Shown here: piece by piece, positions 1 to 8,910 of the stretch
Position numbering within the stretch: position 1 is the first letter of the stretch
Layout of the letters: each line of letters starts with the position of its first letter
Notes under the pieces: model-generated
Database searches by the model: none
What the model saw: only the letters and a program-made list of their open reading frames with translations
Told to the model about the DNA's origin: nothing
Origin: Candidatus Sulfomarinibacteraceae bacterium
GTDB lineage: Bacteria > Acidobacteriota > Thermoanaerobaculia > Thermoanaerobaculales > Sulfomarinibacteraceae
Direction of reading: 5' to 3'
Length of the DNA stretch: 64,000 nucleotides
Assembly: GCA_963796455.1 (NCBI GenBank)
Contig: CAWCLO010000003.1
Coordinates: 192,001 to 256,000, forward strand
Position numbers and translations under genes: made by a program

Positions 1-1310
1 TGATGGAGTCGCACATGGAGGACCTGCAGTCCTACTGGATCACCGACATTCCCTTGCAAGAGAAGGTCGGCATCTTCGCCCGTACCTACACCAGAGGACT
101 CAGCCCCGGTTACTGGTTCTTCGACGACACAAATGAGCTGGTCCGTCACCGGATGTTGGGCTACGGTTATCTCCCGCTGTGGTTGTCGCCGGTGATTTTG
201 CTCGGTCTGGGAGTTGCCATCCGCAAGTCGTGGGGATCTGCAGCCCACCGCCTGGTTTTGATAGCGGTCCTGGCGGCGCCGTTCTCGGCCTCATTGGTCG
301 ATATCCGGATCACCCGTGTCCTCTCGATGATGGTGCCGGCCACGATCCTGGCGGTCATCGGTTTCGACTGCATCCAGAACTGGTTGAGGCGTTTCGTGCC
401 GTTTCGGGTCTTCGCCGCCGCGAGCGCTGCCGTAATTGTCGTGACCGCGACCACGATGACGGCCGATGCCCTTACGAACGGAGCCACATGGTTCCGCGAC
501 TATGGCATGGGTGGTATGCAGTGGGGAGCCAAAGAACTCTATGCCGAGCTCCGCAAACCGTTGTCAGATGACCCTGAGATCCACTTTGTGGTTTCTCACA
601 GTTGGGCCAACTGGCCCGACGCCTTCCCGGTCTTCTTTCTCGAGGAATCGATGCGCAACCGTGTCCGGATGGGTGTTGTCGAAGAATACGTCGTCGAACA
701 CCGGCCGCGCGAAATGTCTCCACGGCAGCTCTTCGTGATGACGCCACACGAATTCGAGATGGCCCGACAGAGCCCGATGCTCGTGGTCAGCGAACCGCTC
801 GAAATCATCTCCGCTCCGGACGGCGAGCCTGGATTCATGATCGTGCACCTCGATTACGCGCCTGACGCCCGCGATATCTTCGAGGCGGAACGGCGAGAAC
901 GTCGGATGCCCGTACAGAACACCCTCCAGATCGACGGCGCCGAAGTCCGTGTCGTGCACCCGAAATTCGATCTCGGCACCCTCGATTCCGTCTTCGACGG
1001 TAATTTCAAATCAATCGCCCGCACCCTCGATGCCGACCCCAGCATCATTCAATTTCACTTTGCAGCTGAACGAAGCATCACCGGGGTCCGGTTGACGGTG
1101 TGGTCTCCAGAGTACGATCTCAGCCTCAGGGTCGTCGCCACCGATGACACGGTGTCCCTGGCGGAAGCCGAGGTCAATACCGGAGAGGGTTTCACCACCT
1201 TCGAACTCAAGCTGCCGACACCGGTTCTCAACGCCCGTGAAGTCTCGCTGACCATCGACAAACACGGAGACAACAAGCTCCACATCCAGGAGATCGAGTT
1301 TCTGCGTTGA
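1..1310 (+). CDS. 5'-truncated membrane protein, probable GT-C (ArnT/PMT, family 39-like) glycosyltransferase with C-terminal soluble beta-rich domain
   Basis: ORF is open at the window edge. Several hydrophobic helices (LPLWLSPVILLGLG, LVLIAVLAAPFSASLV, RVLSMMVPATILAVIG) precede a soluble region. Family assignment rests on general resemblance only. Confidence 0.45.
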   Translation, partial: MESHMEDLQSYWITDIPLQEKVGIFARTYTRGLSPGYWFFDDTNELVRHRMLGYGYLPLWLSPVILLGLGVAIRKSWGSAAHRLVLIAVLAAPFSASLVDIRITRVLSMMVPATILAVIGFDCIQNWLRRFVPFRVFAAASAAVIVVTATTMTADALTNGATWFRDYGMGGMQWGAKELYAELRKPLSDDPEIHFVVSHSWANWPDAFPVFFLEESMRNRVRMGVVEEYVVEHRPREMSPRQLFVMTPHEFEMARQSPMLVVSEPLEIISAPDGEPGFMIVHLDYAPDARDIFEAERRERRMPVQNTLQIDGAEVRVVHPKFDLGTLDSVFDGNFKSIARTLDADPSIIQFHFAAERSITGVRLTVWSPEYDLSLRVVATDDTVSLAEAEVNTGEGFTTFELKLPTPVLNAREVSLTIDKHGDNKLHIQEIEFLR

Positions 1311-1406
1311 CCAGCTGACGTCAAGGGTTATGGGTCATGAGTCATGAGAGAAATTTTCATCACGACGGTTGTCAGAGTGGATTGTGCGGTCTTCACTCTG
1401 AGCTCA

Positions 1407-1790
1407 TCACCCTGAACTCAACTTGTGGCCCGCCGACCGCAAAACGCCCTTGGCGGTCTCCAGCTTCTCCTGCTTCACCAACACATAGTCGGTATCGAAG
1501 GTAGAGATCACGAAAATCGGCACGTCAGCCGCGGCGAGCGGCGAGGCGATCGAGGCCAGAATACCGGTCATCTCGAAATCGAGCGGCCCCGCCACCTCGA
1601 AACATTTCCAGCCCTTTTCTATCGAAACACCCTTGGGGGCCAACTCCTCCCGACCGACGATCGACAGCTCTCCGTCAGTCCGGGTAATCGAGAGCAGTCC
1701 GGATGTCTCGAAATCTGGTATTTGTTCCACACTCGCGAGCTGCCAGACCGCGTAGACGCCGTCGAGCACCCGAAGATTGAGGTGTTTCAC
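1407..1790 (-). CDS. ACT-domain protein (ACT_7/CASTOR-like)
   Basis: Motifs SITRTDGELSIV, GPLDFEMTGILASIASPLA and IFVISTFDTDYVLV. GTG at 1790 chosen as the start; TTG at 1808 is an alternative. Confidence 0.85.
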   Translation of the reverse strand: MKHLNLRVLDGVYAVWQLASVEQIPDFETSGLLSITRTDGELSIVGREELAPKGVSIEKGWKCFEVAGPLDFEMTGILASIASPLAAADVPIFVISTFDTDYVLVKQEKLETAKGVLRSAGHKLSSG

Positions 1791-1804
1791 GCGTCTTTGT
1801 CTCG

Positions 1805-2281
1805 TCAACCGGTGTCGAGCATCGTTCCGGTTCGCAGGAAATGATTGAGTTCGTTCTCCCAGACCTCCATGAAGCTCTGAAAATGGGCTTCGGTGAACTC
1901 TTCCAGGGCGCGGTCACCGTGGTCGCTCAGAGATGTGTAGGAGTAGGTAATGGCGGCCTTGGAGGCCTCGCCGCCATCGGCCGAGAGTCCGATTTTGATC
2001 GTGCCCATCACCACACCGGGAATGACCTTGATCATTTCGAGCCGGTAATGCTCACGATCATGATCGGTGATCAACCACAAAGCGTCCTCGGGAATACCGG
2101 GCGTGACGAATACACATCCTGCCTCCGCAACCCCGGACTCCGAAAGCACGAGTTTTGGCCTCCAGTCGTTGACCCACTCGGTCTCTCGCACCGGACAAAG
2201 GAGATCGAAAACCTTTCCCGGCGGGGCGCACAGCGCCTGCGTGTAGCTACGACTGACACGATTCGGTTTCTCGACCCGCAT
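1805..2281 (-). CDS. SRPBCC-like hypothetical protein
   Basis: ATG at 2281 preceded by GAGGAGG. N-terminal APPGKVFDLLCPVRETEW resembles START/SRPBCC folds. Confidence 0.6.
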   Translation of the reverse strand: MRVEKPNRVSRSYTQALCAPPGKVFDLLCPVRETEWVNDWRPKLVLSESGVAEAGCVFVTPGIPEDALWLITDHDREHYRLEMIKVIPGVVMGTIKIGLSADGGEASKAAITYSYTSLSDHGDRALEEFTEAHFQSFMEVWENELNHFLRTGTMLDTG

Positions 2282-2375
2282 AGTGCCCTCCTCGGCCCGA
2301 TGATCCACGGAATTTTCCGGAAACTTCACCGATGAGAGTACACCGTCGCCACCCACATCGTCGACTCCCGTCAGA

Positions 2376-3440
2376 TCAACTCCGGCGTTCGGCCATTCCG
2401 ATCGGATCAACATCGAGATCAACAACCTCGAAACCGATCTGCTCTACCCGATCGACGAATTCTGCAACCGACTGATCCGTACGTGAACAAGCCACTCCGA
2501 AATCGCCACCGCCGGCGCCGCTGGGTTTGTAGTGGTGGCCACACCTTGCCGCGAGCTCACGGAGTCTCCGGTGTTCGTCCGAGAGGATCGACATCCCGAT
2601 CGCCTTACCGAGGCTTTCGAGAGCATCACCGAAGTGATCGACGACCTCGAGAAAAACTGCCGTCTCGCTCCGCCCGAGAGCCTCGATGCCCCGTTCCGAG
2701 AGGGAACCGAGCCGGTCCAGGGCTGCATCGATTATCTGCGGGTCGCGCATCCGGCACTCTTCGAGCCGCTCGAGGAAATCACCGGTGCTGGCCGACCGTC
2801 CCGTCCAGATGAAGGTCATCCTGAGATCGGCCGGCAGTGTCACCGGGGCCGCTTCACCGACACCCCCTTTTGGATCGAGCCGATAGCGCACCGCGCCCCC
2901 AAGTAGGCTGGCTGCGACGTCGATCCCCGATCCCCGGCCTCCCTGCATCTCGCGGTGGACCGCAACCAACGTCTCCAACCACTCTGACGAGGGTGCCGGG
3001 CACCCATCGCCGGACCAGGCAACCAGCGCGTTCGCCAGGGCCGTCGTCAGCGCCGCACTCGAGCCCAGACCCAACTTGCGCCTTGCTCCGTCGCGGCGCT
3101 GAAAGAAGGATCTCGTGTCGAGAGTCGCTGCCACGGGCCGCATTTGGACCGGATTGATCACCGCCGACGCAACGAGTCCCTCAAGCAGGGCGTCAACGAG
3201 GCCAAAAGACTGCGCCCCTTCGGGGTCGGACCACCGCATGCCCCCTTCGGGTTCAAACTCGAGTTCCATCGCTTCGTCGACGAGGCCCGGAGCGGAAAAC
3301 GTCCAGCGATCGCTCGGCGATGCTTCGATGGCCACCCGTGCCCTGCGTCCGACCGCCACCACCAACGCCGGTGCGCCAAACAACACCGAGTACTCACCAA
3401 TCAACACAAGCTTACCCGGCGCCGTGACTTCGAGGGTCAC
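2376..3440 (-). CDS. Phosphomevalonate kinase (GHMP kinase)
   Basis: APGKLVLIGEY, KLGLGSSAA, GSGIDVAAS and KPSGAGGGD motifs. GTGA overlap with mvaD. Confidence 0.8.
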   Translation of the reverse strand: MTLEVTAPGKLVLIGEYSVLFGAPALVVAVGRRARVAIEASPSDRWTFSAPGLVDEAMELEFEPEGGMRWSDPEGAQSFGLVDALLEGLVASAVINPVQMRPVAATLDTRSFFQRRDGARRKLGLGSSAALTTALANALVAWSGDGCPAPSSEWLETLVAVHREMQGGRGSGIDVAASLLGGAVRYRLDPKGGVGEAAPVTLPADLRMTFIWTGRSASTGDFLERLEECRMRDPQIIDAALDRLGSLSERGIEALGRSETAVFLEVVDHFGDALESLGKAIGMSILSDEHRRLRELAARCGHHYKPSGAGGGDFGVACSRTDQSVAEFVDRVEQIGFEVVDLDVDPIGMAERRS

Positions 3441-4420
3441 TCCCGGCCCCCGATAACCCGTGCGCCGGCTCCGAGCCCACTCGAAATGATGCGGGAAACG
3501 CCCGGAATCGATTCGAGCTCCGTCACCACTCGATCCCGCGCTTCAGGCAGGCACACCGCTTTGAGTTGGGGCCCGGCGTCAATGGTAAAAAAGACCGGCA
3601 CCCCGTTGCCACGCAGACCGCGCACCCGACGGATGCCTTCCACCGTCGCGCCATTCCAATAAACCAGCCCCGGTCGCGCCGACAACATCACCGCGTGCAT
3701 CTTGAGGCAGCTTGCCTCGGCGATTTCGGCCAGCGCCTCGAAATCGCGCCGATCGACTGCGCTCCGTGCCTCGGCGAGGTCATCCGTCGACGACTCGACC
3801 CAGGAACGGTAGAACGGCGAGGTCTGTTCGGTTCGGATCATGCCCTCGGTGGAACCGATCGCTTTGGGTCCGGCCTCGGTCACCGCCACGACAACCTGGA
3901 GCGGCCATTCGGCAGCCCTCAAGAGCTGCCGGGTCAGGGTCTCGGGACGACCATCCCGCTCGATGAGCTCGATCTCGGCGAAACCGCCATAGAGGGACCG
4001 TGCGGCGGAACCGGAAGCCTGGCGGGCGAGGTCCGCAAGCACTTCTCGATCAAGGCCCGTATCGAGAGCCGCGTCCGCCGCCACCACCAGGGCCGCAAAA
4101 CCGGAGGCCGATGACGCGAGCCCTGCGGCGGTCGGAAAATCGTTATCGCTCGAGATCTCAGCATAGAGCCTCGACCCCGCCAGAGACCGGATACGATCGA
4201 GGCACGAAGTCACCCGTCCGGCCATCCTGGGTGCTTCGTCACCGCCAAGCAGAAACCTATCCGCCTCGCGATCGGGATCAAACCGAACCGATGTCGTGGT
4301 CGTCAGCCCGTCGAGCGTGATCGACAGCGAACCGACCGCGGGAATGTTGCGCTCGATGTCCGATTTGCCCCAGTACTTGACCAGGGCGATATTGGGGTGG
4401 GCTATGGCCGTAGCGAGCAT
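3437..4420 (-). CDS. mvaD: Diphosphomevalonate decarboxylase
   Basis: AHPNIALVKYWGK, FPTAAGLASSASG, SGSAARS and FTIDAGP motifs. Start at ATG 4420 or GTG 4438. Confidence 0.93.
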   Translation of the reverse strand: MLATAIAHPNIALVKYWGKSDIERNIPAVGSLSITLDGLTTTTSVRFDPDREADRFLLGGDEAPRMAGRVTSCLDRIRSLAGSRLYAEISSDNDFPTAAGLASSASGFAALVVAADAALDTGLDREVLADLARQASGSAARSLYGGFAEIELIERDGRPETLTRQLLRAAEWPLQVVVAVTEAGPKAIGSTEGMIRTEQTSPFYRSWVESSTDDLAEARSAVDRRDFEALAEIAEASCLKMHAVMLSARPGLVYWNGATVEGIRRVRGLRGNGVPVFFTIDAGPQLKAVCLPEARDRVVTELESIPGVSRIISSGLGAGARVIGGRE

Positions 4421-4467
4421 CGGTCTGTTGTCAGTCACGAGGTCATGATACCTGGGCCGACGGAAGA

Positions 4468-5092
4468 CGGCAGAGGGGAAGAGGAGAAAGGGGGAAAGGG
4501 GGAAAGGGGGAAGGCTCGATTCGAGATTCTGGATGCAGGGTGCTTGACCCCCTCGACATGGCAGAGGGGCAGAGGGGCAGAGGGGCTCGAATCGAGATAC
4601 TAGATGCTGGATCCGGCCACCGCTCCAATCCCAAAAGGGAGAACCACTCGGCACCGATTCCTCCTGCATGCGAATGTCGCCTCCCGATGTCATCCTGAGC
4701 GGAGACCCAAGCCCACAGATCCTTCGACTTCGCGCCTTAGGCGCTTCGCTCAGGATGACATTTTGAACGACCGTTCCGATCCCGATCCCGTTCCCGAAAG
4801 TGAGAACAAGCCTCTACATGGCAGAGGGGCGAAGTAACGATCGCTATCGCTATCGGAATCACTATCGAACGGCTGAGGTGGATACCGTTCCTGAAAGGGA
4901 GAAAGGGAGAAGGGGGAAAGGGAGATCGTCGCGGGTCGATCTACGTGATAAGGGCGGAGTCTCTCCTCTGCTCCTCTGCTCCTCTGCTCCTCTGCTCCTC
5001 TGCTCCTCTGCTCCTCTGCTCCTCTGCTCCTCTGCTCCTCTGCTCCTCTGCTCCTCTGCTCCTCTGCTCCTCTGCTCCTCTGCTCCTCTGCT
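4468..5092 (+). repeat. Intergenic mosaic element copy A (inverted-repeat core 4687-4761, 6/8-mer modules, terminal CTCCTCTG x16 at 4963-5090)
   Basis: 15-bp inverted repeats ATGTCATCCTGAGCG / CGCTCAGGATGACAT. Flanks align by eye with copies at about 29.2, 48.6 and 60.7 kb. Confidence 0.9.
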
Positions 5093-5168
5093 TCCTTGCC
5101 CGGAATAAAGGAGTAGAATCGTCAACTGGGCGGAGTCAATCCGATCGCAACCGCCCGCTGGAGGCGTC

Positions 5169-5585
5169 ATGGGTCGCTCGTATTTTTGTCCGCACTGCAA
5201 CAAACTTCTCAACCCGGGCACCAAGGTCGTCTTTCTGGTCGAAAACGGCAATTCCTGCGAGCTCATGCTGCTGAGCGCCGAACTCGGGGACTACACGGCG
5301 GTCCACGCTCGTTCGATGGTCTTCGAGCAAGGCAGGCTCTACACCTTTCGTTGCCCGGTTTGCCGCGCAAAACTGACCTCGCGAGTCGATGACAAGTTGG
5401 TGGAAATCTTGACTGCCGAGGGCGAGGAAACGCCGGCACAGGTGAATTTTTCCAGGGTCTATGGCGAGGAGGCGACCTTTCTCGAAGCCGACGACGGGGT
5501 CGCCCGATTCGGCGAACACTCGAACCGCTACGAGGAACTCAATTTCTTTGGCGCAGCAGCCGACACGGACGGCGAAATCACCTGA
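5169..5585 (+). CDS. Small hypothetical protein with two CxxC motifs (possible Zn-ribbon)
   Basis: GGAGG RBS. YFCPHC and FRCPVC motifs. Confidence 0.7.
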   Translation: MGRSYFCPHCNKLLNPGTKVVFLVENGNSCELMLLSAELGDYTAVHARSMVFEQGRLYTFRCPVCRAKLTSRVDDKLVEILTAEGEETPAQVNFSRVYGEEATFLEADDGVARFGEHSNRYEELNFFGAAADTDGEIT

Positions 5586-5598
5586 GGCCACGGTTTTG

Positions 5599-5751
5599 GG
5601 CTACAGGCTCGAAGCTATAAGCTATGGGCTATAAGCTATGGGCTATGGGCTATGGGCTATAAGCGGTACAACACAGGCTGAAGCCTCAGCCCACGAGCAG
5701 TCAATTTCTAGAATCCGGGGCTTATAGCGTAAAGCCTATAGCCTACAGCCC
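5599..5751. repeat. Inverted pair of heptamer arrays (GCTATGG/GCTATAA and complement) between convergent genes
   Basis: Period-7 array at 5599-5664 and a degenerate reverse-complement array at 5720-5751. Confidence 0.8.
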
Positions 5752-5756
5752 TTTGC

Positions 5757-6935
5757 CTACTCCAACGAATCCGCCAACAGCTCCGAGATATCCTTGACCT
5801 CGAGATCCAACTCCATCGTCCCGACCGAATCCTCGAACATCTGCAGGCAATAGGGGCACGCAACCGCGAGAATGTCGGCGCCGGTGTCCACCGCCTGCTG
5901 GACCCGGATGTCGGAGAGCCGTTCGCCCTTGGCCCTTTCCAGCCAAACGCCCCCGCTACCGCCGCCACAGCACAAGCTGTATTCGCGGTTGAGGTTGGGA
6001 ATTTCCAGCAACTCGAGACCCGGGATGCTCTTGAGAACATCGCGCGGTTCTTCGTAGACCCCACAGCCGCGACCTAGCGCGCACGGATCGTGATAAACGA
6101 CCTTTTTGCCGAGCTCCTTGGTCGGTGTCAGCCGCTGCTGTTTGATCAGCTTGGCAAAAAGCTGGGTCTGGTGGATGGACTCGAAATCGCCATCAAGCTC
6201 CGAATACTCGCGGTCAAAGGTCCGGTGGCAGTGGGGCGAAGCGGCCACGACCTTCCGAACGCCTGCCTCGGCAAAGGCCGCCACATTGGCCCCAGCGACC
6301 TCCTGGAAGACCTCTTCGGCCCCGGCACGGCGGATCGCCTCCGAACAGCACGACTCGCCATCGCCGAGCACACCGAAGGTGACGCCTGCGGTGCGCAAGA
6401 CGTTGACGGTGGCCCTGGCGACGTGAACGGCCCGCGGATCATAGGCCGGCACGCAGCATGGTGAGTAGAGGTAATCCATCCCGGGTTCGAATGATTGGAC
6501 CTCCATCTCCTCGGCCCAGGCTCCGCGGCGCTCGCGCGGCTCGCCGAAGGGATTGCCCGAACTGTGGATCCGCGAAACCGACTCCGAGAGCTCCGCTGGT
6601 ACGGATCCGAACTCGACCAGAATGCGCCGGATGCCGCGCATGATGTTGGGCATGCTGACGCCGTGTGGACACCAGGTCGTGCAGGATTCACAGGCGAGAC
6701 AGCGGTAGATCTCGGTCACCTCACGCTCGACCTCTGCGGTGTCCTCCGACGCCATGATGGCGCCGAACTTCACCAGCTGCGGGGTGCGATAAACGGGAAA
6801 GGACACGCTTTCCACATAGGCCCAGGGGCAAACCGCCATGCACTTTCCGCATTGGTAGCACTTGTAGGCTTCTTCGGCCCCCATGTCGAGAATCGCGTCC
6901 CTGATATCCCAGTCCGGTCTGATTCTGGCGTTCAT
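5757..6935 (-). CDS. HdrD/GlpC-like Fe-S protein (two 4Fe-4S motifs and two CCG domains)
   Basis: CYQCGKCMAVCP, CLACESCTTWCP, ESCCSE and YHDPC...CCGGG...ACPYC. Confidence 0.88.
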   Translation of the reverse strand: MNARIRPDWDIRDAILDMGAEEAYKCYQCGKCMAVCPWAYVESVSFPVYRTPQLVKFGAIMASEDTAEVEREVTEIYRCLACESCTTWCPHGVSMPNIMRGIRRILVEFGSVPAELSESVSRIHSSGNPFGEPRERRGAWAEEMEVQSFEPGMDYLYSPCCVPAYDPRAVHVARATVNVLRTAGVTFGVLGDGESCCSEAIRRAGAEEVFQEVAGANVAAFAEAGVRKVVAASPHCHRTFDREYSELDGDFESIHQTQLFAKLIKQQRLTPTKELGKKVVYHDPCALGRGCGVYEEPRDVLKSIPGLELLEIPNLNREYSLCCGGGSGGVWLERAKGERLSDIRVQQAVDTGADILAVACPYCLQMFEDSVGTMELDLEVKDISELLADSLE

Positions 6936-6976
6936 GGCAGTTCAGCTCCGATCTGCTGTACGCAGTTTTCCAGCCC

Positions 6977-7852
6977 CTAATAGTCCTTTGGCAGTGCGTT
7001 GAGTTCGCGCCAGGTCACCACCGGCCCATCACGACAGACCGAGAACGGACCGACGTAACAACGACCGCAGTGGCCGATGCCGCATTTCATTTTGTTCTCC
7101 AGCGTCGTCACCACCTGATCGGGCCCATAACCCAATTTGCCCAGACTCAGGAAGAGAAAGTGCAGCATGATCGGCGGACCGCAGGCCACGACGATTCGAT
7201 TCTCAGGATCGAGACCGAGGTCCTCGAAGACATTCGGAAGGAGGCCGACCTCGCCGTCCCAGCCGTCACGCTCTCCACCGGGATCCACAGTCCGCACCAC
7301 CCGGACACCATCGACCGCATCCCACTCGGGCATCTCGCTCTTGTAGACCACATCGCCGACCGACCGGGCGCCGTTGAGAATCAGCACCTCACCGAATTCA
7401 GATTTGCGATCGATGACCTCGAGCATCGCCGATCGCAGGGCGGCCATTCCGATTCCGCCACCAATGAAGGAGATGTGTTTGCCCTTCCAGTCATCGAGTG
7501 GGAAGTGGTTGCCGTAAGGGCCCCTGAAGCCGATCACCTGCCCCTCCGACATGGCCCGCAACGCCGTCGTGACCTTCCCGACGACGCGAAAGGTGCACTC
7601 GATGGTGGGCGGCTGGGCACCGTTGTCCGTCGGTCGCCACGGCCGGTTCGAGATCGCGAAGACCGATTCTCCGGCGCCAAAGACCGTGAACTGGCCGAAT
7701 TGACCCGGGTTCCAACCGGCAAAGGCACCGGCCTCGCCGGCATCGGTGAATTGCAGGCGAAGAGTCCGGACATCGGGCGTCTCATCGTTGAATCCTTCGA
7801 TTCGCATCAGGTTCGGCTGATAAGGATTAGGTACGGCTTCAGCCAACTGCAT
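6977..7852 (-). CDS. FlxA/AsrB-like FAD/NAD(P)-binding oxidoreductase with 2Fe-2S motif
   Basis: PGQF, RGPYGN, GGGIGMA, CGPPIM and CGIGHCGRC..VCRDGPV. ATG at 7852 overlaps the end of the upstream gene. Confidence 0.88.
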   Translation of the reverse strand: MQLAEAVPNPYQPNLMRIEGFNDETPDVRTLRLQFTDAGEAGAFAGWNPGQFGQFTVFGAGESVFAISNRPWRPTDNGAQPPTIECTFRVVGKVTTALRAMSEGQVIGFRGPYGNHFPLDDWKGKHISFIGGGIGMAALRSAMLEVIDRKSEFGEVLILNGARSVGDVVYKSEMPEWDAVDGVRVVRTVDPGGERDGWDGEVGLLPNVFEDLGLDPENRIVVACGPPIMLHFLFLSLGKLGYGPDQVVTTLENKMKCGIGHCGRCYVGPFSVCRDGPVVTWRELNALPKDY

Positions 7853-8900
7853 CTGCGCCCTCCTCCCGAATGGCCTCGACTGCCGCGGCCACGGTACTGA
7901 CGATGTCGAGCCCCGCCGGACACAGATCGACACAGCGGCCGCAGCCGACGCAGCGGAATGGATCATCGTCTTCTTCTCGGAACGCGAACTTGTGGAGCAC
8001 CCGCTGTCTGTAGCGATCCTGTTTGGAGGAACGCGGGTTGTGACCGGAAGCGTGGTGGGTGAACTGCGAGAATGTGCAGGCGTCCCAGGACCTGTTCTGT
8101 TCGCCGGACCAGGCGTTGGCCTCGTGATTCATGTCAAAGCATGAACACGAGGGGCAGACATAGGCGCAGACGCTGCATCCGAGGCAGTGCTGCGCCAGCC
8201 GGTCCCAGGCTCCATGCTCGAAGCCGTCCTCCAGCACCTGCGACCACTCCTTGTTGACCGGGTTGCGTTGGATTTCGCCCGCGACCCTTTCGGCGACAGC
8301 GGCAATCCGCGCGGGGCCGTCTGCAACCGACTCCCAGGAAGCACCGGCCTCCCCGATCAATGCCACCCCTTTGTCCGTCATCGCACGCAGCAGCCAACCA
8401 TTCTCGAGGGGCACCACCTGCACATCGGCGCCCTCTTCGCCGACCGGTGAACCACCGACGGCGGTGCAGAAACACTCGGGATCGGCCCCTCCGCAGGCCA
8501 TCGAAACAACGGTGGTGTTTGCTCTCCTCGCCGCGTAGAGCGGGTCCTTGGTGCCCGAGAGAAAAACCTCATCCAATCGGACCAATCCCGAGGCATCGCA
8601 GCTCCGCACTCCGAAGAGGACCTGAGGTCGGTCCGGGCCGTCCGGATTCTGCAGCTGCACCATCGACCCCGAGAGATCGTATCGGTACAGGGTCTCGGTC
8701 CGTGGAAAGAGAAACTCTTTGGGCGACCACCTGGTCTTGCCGGAGGGCTCGATCACCACCTGCTCTGGAGACTCAACCGGACGAAAGAGCTTGACCCCGT
8801 CCTCGATCGCCGGTGCAACCACATTGTTCTCGGCGTTGATAAGGATCTTCAGCCACTCCCGGAGCTGATCTTCTGAGAGCATCCACTCGTTGTGTTTCAT
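7839..8900 (-). CDS. FlxB/AsrA-like 4Fe-4S dicluster protein
   Basis: SPKEFLFP, GVRSCD, CFCT, CLGCSVCAYVCPSCSCFD and CVGCGRCVDLCP. Confidence 0.88.
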   Translation of the reverse strand: MKHNEWMLSEDQLREWLKILINAENNVVAPAIEDGVKLFRPVESPEQVVIEPSGKTRWSPKEFLFPRTETLYRYDLSGSMVQLQNPDGPDRPQVLFGVRSCDASGLVRLDEVFLSGTKDPLYAARRANTTVVSMACGGADPECFCTAVGGSPVGEEGADVQVVPLENGWLLRAMTDKGVALIGEAGASWESVADGPARIAAVAERVAGEIQRNPVNKEWSQVLEDGFEHGAWDRLAQHCLGCSVCAYVCPSCSCFDMNHEANAWSGEQNRSWDACTFSQFTHHASGHNPRSSKQDRYRQRVLHKFAFREEDDDPFRCVGCGRCVDLCPAGLDIVSTVAAAVEAIREEGADAVG

Positions 8901-8910
8901 TGATTGCTCC

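Noticed and set aside
4421..4693. N-terminal extension of MvaD in the ORF track; similar extensions on the M16 peptidase (36282-36446), ribBA, surA and mvhD
   Set aside because: Read-through into repeat DNA or neighbouring genes. Family motifs and RBS or overlap evidence point to later starts.
4800..5274. ORFs encoding (SSAPLLLC)n or (RSRGAEEQ)n, also at 60849-61452, and (SSLKPQA)n at 33437-33694
   Set aside because: These are translations of stop-free octamer or heptamer DNA arrays, open in several frames, with no RBS or domain support.
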